Counted from the whole stretch's first letter, positions 36,401-49,705 are shown. The stretch: DNA of 63,741 nt, filler included, from Choristocarpus tenellus KU-1152 (GCA_964200185.2; 11 parts of 11 records of this genome joined end to end with filler, not necessarily neighbours in it), one strand, 5' to 3'. A program made the numbers and translations. Notes: generated by a model from the sequence alone, not told the origin.

Positions 36401-39400
36401 TCATATCCTATCATCACGAGGTCAAGTCAGCACAAAACCTTGTGCATTCTGTCGTTCAGTAAGGGGAGGCAATGCAAACAATGTTCTCTAACACCAGGCA
36501 GAGAGTGCTGTCTTTTGGTCTGTATTGTGTGAGTATCATGTTTGCCAGACAGAAGGGGAAGTATAAAACTATCAAATGGGTTTATTGATCGAGAAGTAGT
36601 TTGACAGAAAGGTTTTATATCCTTGTTGCGGCGTTTGGAGAGTGTTCATTTCCAATCATGGAAAAAAGATAGGACCTTGACGAGATAGAAGCAAAGAGCT
36701 CGTGTCCCCACGTAATGTCTTACACACATTGACAATTTTAGGTATTGCCATGGAGGGAACAGCGTATACCCAGATAGAGTGACCGATTTTTTTGTGTTGT
36801 TGTACATTGGGCAGTCCTTTCCTTCATTGGGAAACCTATATATTATGCGATTTCAGTTATTGAGAGATCCTACCTAGAGCCTGTTTATCACGGCAAACGG
36901 GATTATCACCAAACGCACACTCACTCGTCTCGTGGATTAAATTTCCCAATCATCTGCACTACCTACTATTCCAGTACTTCGTCCATGATTGTCAGGCATC
37001 TGCCATCATTCGGATCGGGTGTGACACTCATTCAAATTGGATCTTAATATTCCTTCACCTTACACTCAAAGAAAAATTTCGCGTAACAACCCTACCCTTT
37101 ACTTACAGTTCTGCTTTTTCCTCAACGTTGATCACCCTCGGCGCTTGTCTGTCCATACATGCCTCGAGGGATTGAGTACAAGCGTGAAAAACGATGATAT
37201 ATTAACGAGGAGGAAATGAAGGGGGGGGGCATGGATTTAAGTCACCGTACGAATTTTCTCTTCTTTGTGGTCATTGCAGAATCATCGTTTCATGTACCAC
37301 CCGTCCAGCAGAAAAAATCTTTTTGATGAAGTATTTTGTGGAATGATATATATATTCTTGACTGATTGTTTGGAGTACTCGTGTTAATTGTTTTTTATTT
37401 ACCACTATAGACGGGTAACGCCATGCCAATGGATTTTGTTTCATCAAGAAGTGTTATTACAAGAAATTAAAGGCTGTTTCTTACCCCACTGCTGTAGAGT
37501 AGGATGTACACTATTCCGCTACAATGCTCGTACTTGAGTTGTGAAGAGAGAAACTTTTCAAATTACGCAAAAAAAATCCTTTTGGGGGAGGTGAGATTTA
37601 TTATCAGATTTATTGGGCATATTTTCTAAACACAAGACTGTGTACCTACCTACAAGAAATTATTATTGTGATTGGATAGGTAAATCAACACTGCTGACTC
37701 AGTCGTCCTCGAAGACCTTGATACCACTCAAGAAACTGTGGGAAACATCGAGATGTCACAGAATTAAAGCAACAGGGAGTACGGTACCACTTGACTAGGC
37801 AGCAGCACCTGTGAGGTGTGTTCAACACTGACGATGCAGGCCTTGTGTATCCAAGATCCAAGTAAATCTGAACAGGATGATTGTATAAATTGTTAATCGG
37901 GCTAGATCATTCGGCCTGGTCTTCTCTAAATTGACTGACACCAGGTGTCTTTAATTTCCCATCAAAGTCCACAGAAATGTTATGCGGTTATGGGCCTTAG
38001 GCAAGCATGACAACCAGACCAACACGTTAGTTATTTTCCTTGCCCCACCAATACAAAGTTGATATCACTACTGAGATTGGTTCACTGTTTTTTTTCAAGT
38101 TTGAGCCTATATTCACAAGTATGGTCAAGTGCTTCACTACAGAACAACGTGTGGACCACTTGAACTCAATATTTGAGTGCTGAAGGCTGAAGCACTTGAG
38201 GTTTTGCTTTGTATGGTTGTGTGACACGATACTCTGCCAGGTCCACAATATGAACCTTGGCCATCACCAGCAAACACGCATCCTATGCTTCATTGGGTTT
38301 TGTAAAGAATGCATACATCACACACTGTACTCCGAAGATGTCCTTGTGAAGGCTGTGTGTGAAAGTATTGAAGCAACTGTGTGGAAACAGAAACTCTTAT
38401 TTGCAGGGTCAGTACCTCCCATGGGGGGTGAGAGACTCCCAAAGGCGTTCGTGTTTGGGGAGCTTCCACATAAAAGCAGAATCAATGTGTGTAGTGAAAT
38501 AACTGGTGAAAGTGCCTGGAATACGACCTCTGTATGTTTGGGATCAAGAAGGAGGTACAGAGTTACAAGGGCAACAAACCAAAACAGGTGGTAGAAGTTT
38601 GTGGTTGATAGAACAAAGAGCTTCATAGAAGAATGGGATATTATGATGTCTGTATATACCTCACATCCATCATACCAAACAGGAATTACGGTAGCCTAAA
38701 CAGATTAAGGCACATCTGTATACACTCACCACTGCCTACTTTAAATGTTTTGTTTCTCTCCACCCTTTGCCTTCTCATGTTTTTATTATTGTGTTCCTGA
38801 GTTACTCTATTCTTTTTGCAATGTCTGATGAATGATATCACCGGTCGAGGGATAATCCTGGAAACTACTCCTGGATTTCACTTGCAACAACCTTATAATG
38901 GGCTTAACTTTGACCCTCAGTGTGTCTAGCCGTGAGCTCTTAACCAATCGTAAATGTATCGTAGACCAGGCTAGCTTCAACTGAAAGTAAAGGAGAAGTA
39001 CCCAGAGATGCATTTCTAGAATGCTGACAAACATGTATGTAAAGTTTGACATTATCTACAAATGTGTATTACAAATTATCGCAATCGTTAGAAAATTTCT
39101 ACACTATAAAGCAATCAACCCTCTCAGGTCAAATCTACCACTCCATCCATTAGAAATATGGACAAATTACAAAAGATTGTCTCAAAATGCAAAACGCCCA
39201 ATACCTGGGTACCTCTCGTCTAATCTCGCTAAGCACAGTGACTCATATTCTTGGTCGATCATTCCCTTCATTGTACGTGACATTAATTTGTTGGATTTAC
39301 AAGTAAAAGTGAAAGGGGATGGGGGTTCAAAGATAGATTCACATATCCACAGTTTCACGTTTAGCGATATACTAGCCACTAATATCTTTCTAATCCGTGG

Positions 39401-42400
39401 ATAGTATTCATTAGAATAATAGCACATGGGTAGGTAAGAAGCTGGGATCATTGTCACAACCTACGTCAGTCACATGAAGGAGAGGTGTGTGGTCTCCTTC
39501 TAGAAGTCTGCAGATATAGAGTTATTCTGACGAAGAACTATCAAGTATTTTGCGTTTTTCCATTTCTTGATATAGCAACAGGGATAAGAGGGAAGAAGGG
39601 ACGGGATGATAATATGTATACACTCTTACAAGACACTCTTACAAGAATAAGGGAAGGGGGTCAGTATGGCCATGGGGTAAGGACATTCACTTCGCATATA
39701 CCAATAGCTTACAGTGCACAGCAGTGAAATAATTTATCACCAACATTAGTCGACATGTATCCCAACAATCTAGTGTACGACATTTGGCTTGCAAAAGGAA
39801 TACTAATTATGAAATAATGCGTTTTGTGACTCTCTTCCTAAGACAGATCCTTTGAGCGTTTCATGCATGAAGTATCGTCTTACATGGAGTACAGGGTAGA
39901 ACCTTTCGTCTAAGTCCCAGATCAGCATACAAACGAAATTTCCCCGCTACTATCATTGCGAAGTTTCTACTTCTGACCTAACCGCACCCCATTGCATACA
40001 TCCGACATACATTACTGTTATTAATCCAAACTGAAAGTCAAGTTTTCATATTTTACACTGGTTCATTTTGTACGAATACTCAGTGTGTGATGTACTCCAC
40101 AAAAGGTTAGCGATTTGCTGGTATCAAGTTGCAAGATACGTGCATGTTTCAATTGTAACACATTTCTACAATAACTGATACTTTCTACGGGGGTCCTTGA
40201 GGGTATTTATTTGCTTAGCCTTTTCCGTTACACATCTGTACGTATGAGTTTTGCACATCAAAATTATTCCAGAATAGTCAAATTTACCATTCTCATAATA
40301 CATACACCAAGAGTACACTTACCGAGTGTATATACAGAGGAACTCCCACCCACAAGAACCACTAACACAACTTTGGTTATTGACTTTGGAGACAAGTTTG
40401 TACCATGGTAATGTGCCATTGACATTTGCCCTTCTTGTCGAATGTCAACAAAAGTTCGTCAAGTGCAGTTATTTGTGGAAACGTTCCCTCTGGAGTAGTT
40501 TTCATCTCCAAGCACTACTTCGAGAGATTTGGGTTATTGGAACCTCTAAATTAGTAGAATTGCCTTGTTGACACCATCTGCCCCACAAAAAGACACAAAA
40601 AAATAACGAATTTTCATCCCAGATCGGCGAATCGACATTGGACTCACTGGAGAAAATCAGACAGGTAGGCCAACTCGAGTGATCAGTTGTATTGACTTTT
40701 AATAGTACTTAGAAGTGCTACATAATGTGCATGATCGTAAAGTGAGGGGAAGTTTAGGTGCAACTCCGATTAGTGTAACCCCTCAATCTCACAAAAATTA
40801 TTCATGTAGAAATATGTGCTATTGGAGAGTTGTCACTTAATGTTTACTATAATAGACACCATACCTTGACAACCTCTATTCTCAACACCCTTCAAGCACT
40901 TCACACATTCCAGGCATTCTTCAGGCTTATCTCTTATCACTACAACATACTCCAAGTATATTACAATCAAGCCAACAGCACCTTGTGTAGCTCATAGCTC
41001 CTCATCTTCCGGCCCTCTCCTCCTCCCCAGCACGTCCCAGAGGGGAAGTTTACCACACGCCGCCATCCATCCCTCTGTGCTGTTGCTGCAAAATCACTCT
41101 TGAGCTTCAGGTTGTGTTCACATCCATGCATCGCACGATAGGGAGGAACAGAAGGTAAGGCTCAGGTGAGCATTGAAGGTACACTGAATACACGTTGCAG
41201 CATTTTCATGTGGGTTAGAGATGTTCCACACCTCACTATCAGGCCTGAAGTCAGTGAATCAACAACACCCTGAAGTTAAGCTCTCAATTCAAGGCCAGAG
41301 ATGTCCTACATGAACAGTCAAGTACCACAAATACTGCTCTGTGAAATTTTATCGGACCAATGTAATTCATGGTCAGGATATGGTGAGTCCATGGATATAC
41401 CTCCTACTTGTTCAGAACAATTGTAGAGACCCCATGGTGTTCATGTGTGTGTAAGGTGTCTCATTCATAGTTACATCACCCCTCTTCATATTCTGAACGA
41501 GGTCATATGGGAGAGTGTAGGAGGCAGTCTAGAGCAGATACGCTTTGAAGAGAGGCAAATCTCAATACCGGTTTGAGGAGGCGTGTACTTGAAAGGGCTA
41601 CCACCATACAAAAACTAAAATTCACAACAACAATATGGGGACTTCATGTTACACTGATCCAATAGGATGGATGCACATGCTGAGCAACGCTCCTTACCCC
41701 CTCAATCTCGGCATGACTCAATAAATTTGTCCAAGCTTAATTCCAAGTACCTGTGATGCGAGTAGCACATCATCCCACTTGCCAATATCCCTCAGCCTCT
41801 TCTTCATGTTTTTGAATACCTTCATTAAAAACGTCAAAACGGATTGTTCAACACCACCAGAGAAGGGGGGAGATAATTCCACAGAGTCAGGTTTACAGCA
41901 GTATTGGTAGCAATAGTTTAAGCTAAAATCTTGCCGACAACCTAGAACTTCCACAGTGATAGTACGGTGAATAGTTGTTGAAGAGCTAAGGTAGCTACCG
42001 ATGTATACTGTTCAAAGATTCAACAATAGTGTGGACGCTCTCCTATTGTGAAACGGTACAGGATATCATCCCTTCAACAGTCCATTAAATGAGAAGTATT
42101 AAGATGTCCATGAGAGTGCTAAGCCAGGAAAACGCGTTGACTCCTCTCCCCACTAATGGACCTGTATCCTGCGCAGTATAGTGCACTATACATTAGAGCT
42201 ACTCACTTACCAAAAGTAGGCAAATGACGTCTTGGGAAGCATATTCCAAGAGTTGACTTGCAAGGGGTCGCTTTGTGAAGACTGCGCCGTCTTTTGCCAG
42301 GTCGCTATTGCAAAATTCACAAAGTGGGGGTAGCAAGTGTGGAACTTACAAGCATTGCCAACAGGCATTGGGTAGAAGTTTATCTGTGGGATTGGAATGA

Positions 42401-43504
42401 ATACTGAGGAAGACGAGCAGGGATATGTTCTAGAGATGAGTTGGTCAGTGTAGGAACACTTGCATTGATACCAATAAAAACGTAGACTCTTTCTGGAACC
42501 ACAGCCTACCTCCGCTAAGATACACCATGCAAAAAATCATCCCACAGAAGCACAGGGATGCACAGAACAACAATATGCTGTTCATAGGTTTGCCTCATAC
42601 CTCACGGTTCTCATCATTGGTTTTGGAGAATATGCGCATATACATGTTAATTTTCTGAATCTATAAGTATTCTCATATTTGCAGGATGGCAACAAAGTGG
42701 GTCATCGATCGTTATCATGGCAATCGACTGCACTTACCTCTTGACAGCATCCTTGAAGCTGTTTCCTTTTCCATCGAAAGCTTCCATGGTTTTGTTCAGC
42801 CCCTGAAACATGCCACCTCCAATGGCTTCGTGAACAAGTTGTGTGTCTAGAGGTGATACTAAGTTAGCTACTGGCCCAAAGGTGCGCTGCAGTGCAACTA
42901 CGTCGTTTGTTAAGTCATGAAGAACCTGGGGAGAAGGGTTCAACAGATGCAGTAGGCGAGATCAGGACTGGGAGTATGGACCTTTTTCATACGCCATAGA
43001 CCTCACCCCTTCATTGAAGTCAGAGCAAAGTCTTGAAATCAAACCAAGATTAGGAGGACAATACTGGGATGGTAGTAGAGTCGAGGTTAGGGGTTGGACA
43101 TTTGAAGAGTCTACGCAATTTATTGCTGAAAACTCTGTTGCGTTTATAATTGAAAGTATCATGTGTATAGGAGTGTGGTACAAGTGTAGATATACGCCCA
43201 TCCAAGTGCACTCTCTCCACTATCACGAACGGAGTGTTATAGGGTATTCGACACTATCTTACAGTAGAAATTGCAGTTAGACTAGCAGGGAGTCAGCTCA
43301 GAGGATTAATTAGAAACTTGTATGGACTGTCCACCTAATACCCACCTTGATTATGTTTTTGCTGGTCAGGATCGGACAGAGGTGCTCTTCTATGACATGC
43401 ATCCCATCCGTGGTACTCATCAGTGCTGGAATATCGAATATCAGGGATTTGACAGGGGCTGAATTCCTGCCACCTCTCTGAGGCTGAAGCCAGTGTGCTG
43501 TCAT
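30450..43504 (-). CDS. EXD1-like DEDDy 3'-5' exonuclease fused to a Ycf45/SpoIIIAA-like P-loop ATPase, partial at both ends. Exons: 43346-43504, 42738-42925, 42211-42304, 41751-41819, 40982-41104, 37107-37162, 36141-36248, 35860-35930, 34816(or 34834)-35094, 34426-34544, 33116-33190, 31526-31566, 30995-31096, 30450-30588
   Basis: The 14 exons join in one frame with matching phases. Exonuclease part: LIFDIPAL...NIIK|VLHDLTND (ExoII), PLDTQLVH, KRPLASQLLEYASQDV (ExoIII). Ycf45 part: LDRLLSMIP, LEELVLDEGSRP, FGPDNRAGVDGELHRISAMRD...GLTIRIGR, Walker A SILVLGPPGSGKTT, IVDTSNEIAGDG, RRMMV, QNHTPQTMVIDEI (Walker B), ERGVRVVASAHG, LVGG...LGDELA. Confidence 0.88.
35141..35399 (-). mobile_element. MITE subfamily B, intronic
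   Basis: GACCCAAAGCATTTAAGAGGGTA...TACCCTCTTAAATGCATTGGCTC; flanks AAA/AAG. Confidence 0.92.
37790..38640 (+). mobile_element. Decayed non-LTR retrotransposon (RTE-like LINE), 3' portion of the RT ORF; intronic and antisense to the host gene
   Basis: Frameshifted remnants in the expected order: DDAGLV (YADD motif), SFGLVFS, LKAEALEVL.YGCVT, then ESIEATVWKQKLLFAGSVPPMGGERLPKAFVFGEL, as recalled for RTE-type LINEs of brown algae. Confidence 0.82.
38988..39222 (-). mobile_element. Older MITE family E
   Basis: TAAAGGAGAAGTACCCAG...CTGGGTACCTCTCGTCTA inverted ends; homologous to 49706-49932. Confidence 0.78.
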
Positions 43505-44159
43505 CTGAGGATTTGGTATGGTTGAAGTAGTTGATTTCATAAAACCCCCAAGTCTATACAAAAGAAAGATCAGAGTGTTGATAGTTTGGATATATGGGGA
43601 GGTGTCCTAAGGTCCTCACAAAACGAAATTTGGAACATGTGCCCTAAGCCATAGCTTTGGTGGCCTGTGGGAGGGGAGTTTAGAAAGCAAGCATTGTACC
43701 AGTGAATTTTTATCTGATAAGTCGACGTAGGGTTACGTTGCCGCTGCACTATACCACTGCATTGCATAATGTACAGAGGTAATTATGCACAGGAAGGCGC
43801 AGGGCTGGATTGTTGAAACAAGGTTTCTTGGCTTGAATAAGTTGAAAATGGTGATCAATCGCACCAGACTTGACTCATCCAAGCTAGGTTGAATTCGATG
43901 TTGTCAAGGACTTCTTTGGCTTCAAAAGGTAGAGAATGATTTGACACATTCTGTAGCAGAAGTGGAATAATGATACTTCTGAGGTCGGATGGGGGAGGAG
44001 GATAGGTTATATGTTCCAATTTTTTTGTTGGTGAGTTGTGTTGGGGTATGGGGCATAATTTGTATGATCAAGAAGGTTCTTCCACCCCCTCTATTTGTTT
44101 CTACTGTCGTTTATTGTTTGTACACAAGAATGGAATTCCAAACGAAAGGAATATATATA

Positions 44160-44198
<39 letters not shown>

Positions 44199-44588
44199 AC
44201 TACAGGATGTAAGGCTCACATTCGAATGAAGGTGCTACCCTAGTCTATCTGATAGTGAAATCGGTCATTTCTAAAACTCTACGTATATGCGGTCTTCCTT
44301 TATACTTAGTACTTGAGCATATTTTTTGTCAATATTTGTAAAAAGAAGCTTTGAGACAACCTTAGACAGGAAGCACGTGGTGATTCTACTGGTATAGGTT
44401 TCCTATGGGTACAGTGCGGGCGGGAAGTACAAGATTGCAGAAGGTGTGATACGGGATATCAAGAATATACTTCTGACTCAAAGTATCTNNNNNNNNNNNN
44501 NNNNNNNNNNNNNNNNNNNNNNNNNNNNNNNNTTAATTAATTAANNNNNNNNNNNNNNNNNNNNNNNNNNNNNNNNNNNNNNNNNNNN

Positions 44589-44822
44589 GTGCCTATCTCG
44601 TGAGCCTCCATTCCCATCCTCGATCGCCTCCACCTCGTCCCCATGTGGGCCTATTCCGTTCTCTGTCCCTCCTTCTCCATTCTGCGAAATCGAGACCTGG
44701 GTATCTATTCCTGCAGCTGGATTAATCCTTCCACTTATATTCGGTCCTTGCCCTTGCCTGTCTTGTGTGCCGTCGTCGCCTTCCTCCATCGCCTCCACAA
44801 CCCCATCCCCTCCTCCTTCAAC
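44589..44822 (-). CDS. Candidate acidic/Gly-rich exon running off the contig end
   Basis: TTTTAG acceptor, then an open frame with an internal repeat EAMEEGDDGTQDR / EAIEDGNGGSRDR. Confidence 0.4.
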
Positions 44823-46156
44823 CTAAAAATATATATATAGATGCTATTTGTAATGTCCCATTGACCCACCATAACATGCCGCTGTGTACGCTACTACCTG
44901 GTATTGTACTAACTAAATTATTAACGTACATATAAGCTATGTTGTTTACTTGGATCAGCACAGATAACGTCAGGATAACACTAGGTTGTTCAACATCCCA
45001 TCCCGAAACAGAGATACGCATGCCCGAAGTTTTAACAAGCAACACACCGTGCTAACACCACGCCTATCGCCATGCATTTTCTTCTGTTCGACGACACCTG
45101 ACCTAAACAAGAACCAAACACTGAATATTTCGACATATTTCGAGGGTATCCTGAAATCTGATCCGAAATTGAGAAAGGGTTCGACTAAGCATGTCCACGC
45201 ACGACCAAATACGAAGAGTTGAAAGCTAAAAAAAATGTCACTGTTAATACACTAATTGAACGCTTCAAATGTACTCACTCACCCATACCTGATCACTTTT
45301 GCAACGCACCACAGCACAACACCGACTATGTTGCGCGTTGTGACCGCAATGCTCCCACATCTCCTTTTAATAAACACGAATACCATCGATTAAAATTGAT
45401 GCCTTCCGGTGTTCGCAATGTATTTTTAATTGGTACGTTCCAGCATTCGTTCGTCATCCCTTCGCAATTCGAAGCCTCCACAGCAAAAACTTACCCTTCT
45501 TCGTATCACAAAAAATGGGTGTCCTTTGAACAACATCACCCTTGGTACTTCCAAACACACGAGAACCTCACACACCCGATTGACATTCGAATCAGAGATG
45601 ACATATACTCTGTCACGACTATTAACAGTATGTTCGTGAGATCAGGAACAGATTATGAGATAAGGAATGAGAAATATTTCGAAACCATCCTGCAGGCCGC
45701 CGATCTTTGTTCTGATTCTTGAAATCGGAACATACATGGCTGTTATTCCAACGGGCACGGATTAACCTCGGAAATCGGAACATACTTGTCTGTTATGCTA
45801 ACGGTGCACGGGGTGCACTTCGAAACACTCCGATTAATTTGACTGTTATATATTCGAAAATGGCTCCAACGTGCCGGTTCCATAACGCACAGGGAAGCTT
45901 TACAAGAAATATTTAATTTTTTTGTTCTGGTTACGATTTCAAATAGGAACGTTTATGGTATATCAATGTTGAACGGATAGACCTCAGACCATTCTGACTC
46001 TATTTAACTAGTAGTCTACTGTGAGAGTACAGTTCTTGCCTGGTAGTCTTTTACCTGTCGAGGAAAACCGGTGAATTCAGTTCTAAAAACAATCACCCTA
46101 CCTGAAAATCTGACGGATAGTTTTTTTTAAATCGATTTCGAGATTCGCTGGCCTGT

Positions 46157-46737
46157 TTGATTCCGACGACCGAGCCTTTCACCTCACAAATCGAAACAGC
46201 CGTCAAGGCAGTCGATCAAAAATCAGGTGTTGTAGATGTCCTCTACTGCGAGCGCTTCTTCAAGAAACAAGCGTTCATCGTGACGGTTGCTAGCTGTCCA
46301 ACTGCGGGTCGCGCGAGTACCAAACTATGTAGTATCCCCTGTGAGTGAAAGTATCTTAGAGAGTACTAGTTTTGCCCTGCTTGTCCATTTGGGGCTTGGC
46401 TTACCATATTTTTTTTCATGACATTTTCCTACTCCAAAATGTGTCGGAGTAGGTAAAATGTGTGCTTTATGAAAAGGTGTGTCTGGAACAAGGATATTGA
46501 CATTTCTTGACAAACACGATAGCCAAAATTATATCAAAATCGCAACCATGGATTTTGGCCCCCAAATGGACGCGGCGCTACACTCTAAGATACTTTGGCT
46601 CCTATCTGCTGAAGTTCACGCTAGCTAGAGACATCGTAGCAGGCGAGGAATTGCTGCATAACTATTTCTTTCCAGGAAGTAGGGCAGGTGGTTCAGAAAG
46701 TTCGGATGGCGAGGATGAGGATGAAGAGGAATCATAA
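46157..46737 (+). pseudogene. SET-domain-like C-terminal fragment interrupted by a MITE
   Basis: KFTLARDIVAGEELLHNY matches the SET motif xxRDIxxGEELxxxY. Removing 46343-46605 joins ORFs 46157 and 46507 in frame. The upstream RFINHSCxPN motif is not recognisable. Confidence 0.55.
46343..46601 (+). mobile_element. MITE subfamily A, full copy, apparent 4-bp TSD CTGT/CTAT
   Basis: GAGTGAAAGTATCTTAGAGAGTA...TACACTCTAAGATACTTTGGCTC. Confidence 0.93.
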
Positions 46738-48034
46738 CGATGGAGCGGACACAAATAACGCTGACATATATGACAGGGAGGGGGTGAGTGAAAAAGCAAA
46801 CACTCAGAATATTTGACATACTACATGGAACGTGGTTTCATTCGTCGTTTATACTTCATGCAAGGAACTGCTGCCACTCGATTGTGAAATATGGATGCTC
46901 ACCGCAAACTTTCGAACCACTACTACTACCAACTTCCCATCGTCAGTTGCTCGTCTGAACGCTTTATTAACAAAAATATCGGTTATCCCCTTTTTCTTTC
47001 GCTGATTTGCAACCTCTCACTCCACAAGTAACAGCTTACAAATCTTGGCGATTTGAAAGCTTTTTCACAAAAATATCAATGAGCTCTCCCTCTTGTGTTC
47101 GCTAGCTTTCACTCCAAAAACCCGACGACTTCAAGAATCTGGCCATTTGAAAGCTTTCACACTGAAATTGATCGGCGGCCTGCAGGATGGTTTCGAAATA
47201 TTTCTCATTCCTTATCTCATAACCCGTTCCTGATCTCACGAACTTACAGCAATAATTGCTGTAATACTTCCTGCCTTACGGCCTTGATCAACACGCTTGC
47301 TTCCGTCACTAATTACTTGTACCCATCCCTCGATATATCTCGTTGGCATTTATTGCAACCATTGCTCGCCCCGCCTTTAATCCGACAGAGCAGCAGTCGA
47401 AACCTGGGAAGAAGACGACAGAGATCATTACGACAGGCCTGACCACAACCAATACCATTGACCTTGCTACTTCCGCGTTTGTGTCTCAAGAGTTCAATGC
47501 AAACCCCCTCGATCGGGATAGAGTTGCATCCATGTTTTGGAAAGCTGAGCAGCGATCCACGGGAGGCGGCGGACAATCTCACAGCAATTCTGAGTTGGCA
47601 GCGTTTCTCGATGTGCTCCCGTTGGAAGTCTCAGAAGGAGTTCAAGGCGTTGATGAATGATCACGAAGTTCCTTCTGATCTACCTGAAAAATGAGCTCTT
47701 CACACACTATATCAGCCAAGACTACATCGGACTGGACAAAGGCGGCGACCAAAGGGATCTGGTCAACGCAGACAACATTCTCTATTGCCTGAACGGACAA
47801 CACTCATTATGCTCCTCAGGATCATAAGGTGTGTTGCCAAGGAGATGACTATTCCTTGCAGCATCCAGATCCCTGACCATGTGACAGTGTGATGGCATCA
47901 GATGTCGCAAGGATCCTGCAGAGAAACCGCGTCAGGAGGTTCATGTGGAAAATATTTCCCAATACACCAGAAAGAAGGTGGAATTCATTTCCATCAGAGA
48001 GGGCGTTTTGGCCAGCAAACTTAACACATCCTGA

Positions 48035-48207
48035 GGCTCAAAGTATCTGGGGGGGGGCTATACCAGGGTGTCCACTTGGGCACTGACCAGGAGAAGTGAA
48101 CTTACATTTTCCACCCGACACATGCAACGAAAACACCAAAAAATTGCGACATGGAAAAATAGGTCCCAAATGGGCAGGTGCCACCTCCCCCCCAGTTATT
48201 TCAAGCC
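48035..48207 (+). mobile_element. MITE subfamily C, full copy, right TIR degenerate
   Basis: Collinear with 28628-28806; flanks TGA/CAA. Confidence 0.88.
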
Positions 48208-49705
48208 CAAACATACTCGACATCCTCAAGAGGATGGTTTCGTGGGTGTGAGCGATGACAGAGTATAGGAGAGATTTTACTTGTAACCAGCCCCCCCGCT
48301 ACCTGCCAGAATCAAGGGACAAGAACGAACGTTTCAGGCGCAGGAGGTTGCGGATGAAGCAGTGCAACCAATACAGTCTAGAGGACATCGACTTCAAAGA
48401 TGGCAAGGCTACATTCCAGATGGCCGTTAGGAGGAGGGTGGCCGCCAAGATAACGGCATTCCTGAAGGAGTCCTGGGAGGATACGAATTTGAGAAGCGGT
48501 AAAATGAAAGCCACAGACCACACCACATCCTAATTCTATACCTCCATGGCTACGCTTGTCCAGATATGTGCTCACTCACCCATTATTATTTGGGCCTCTT
48601 CCTCTATTAATCACTCTCGCAGGTAGTTTTCAATGTATTCCCAGTCGGCACTACGTCCATGTATTTGACTTTATCGTGTCACCCTGCTCCTCTTTGGATG
48701 ACTACTACCAAAGCAACACATCAAGCTCAGCTACAAGAGCGGATGTCCACCACCATTTCGAACCCCAGCACTAACCATGTGTACGCGGTTTCGTGACACA
48801 AGCCTGGGAGAGTCACAGTCGCAATGAGATAAAAATTGCACTTGGGTTTGTAGAGTCCATAGGGGCGAACTGTCCGTAAAATGCATTAAATAAAATATCC
48901 AAATAGGCATGTGGTCTGTTCTCTCTCAAAAACGTTGAATTCTCTGGTGACTTAGTTCGTCCCATGCGTCGCGGTAGGTAGTGTTATGCCTATGTCGTGT
49001 GTGCTGGTGCAAGCATATGTAACATAAGACAGTGTGGCAGTTTCATGTACATAAGGAAAATGTTCGGTAAAATAGATAGGAATACCGTAATAGCGGTATG
49101 ATGAGTCAGATGGTAGACTGTGTTGTACGATGACACAATGCCATTACCACATGATCTAGTCGATGTTCAGTGTATGTTTACCATAATACCCACCAGAGTT
49201 CTCGATAACAATGCCTTTATACGCAAACTTTGAAACATCTTACAATGCTTTTAGCAAACCAACAACCCTTTACCCAACCACAGGCTTTGGAGCACATTCT
49301 CCAGAAGTATTTGCATTGCCTCTAGATCAAATTGTACTGCTGCGGATCCTTATTGTTGTTGTCTCTTTTTGTCCAGTTGACGATAGGGTGCCTGACCTTC
49401 TGCCCCGTTGGAATAAGTGGCGTAGTGGCATCTGAGTTTATTGGGTAACTGTGGATCAGGACAGCACAAACGGTAAGGGCAAGAGCAAAGAGGGAAGTGG
49501 AGCCCCCGTTTATTGTTAATGGAGGAAAGATAGGAATTATTCCTTCATTAGGAGGAGAAGAAAAGGACAGTAACCATGACGATGATGGTGGCGAGGTAGA
49601 ACAAGACCAAATAAGAAGAGGGAGGTGCAAAGAAGGATACCACTACATCATCTGCGGCAGAAGTAGGTGCTGCTCATGATAATAAGACTGGGATGAGAGC
49701 CTTAC

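Noticed and set aside
43800-43950. Candidate ExoI exon (HHFQLIQ) for the exonuclease-ATPase gene
   Set aside because: No convincing splice sites and no DxE motif, so the catalytic status of the exonuclease remains undetermined.
46341-46614. Introner hypothesis (the MITEs as self-made spliceosomal introns)
   Set aside because: Only one copy has a GT donor at its edge, splicing to the next AG breaks the frame, and the other copies lie inside existing introns or other repeats.
48769-48983. Possible CACTA element (CACTA...TAGTG)
   Set aside because: The inverted match beyond 5 bp is poor and there is no TSD.
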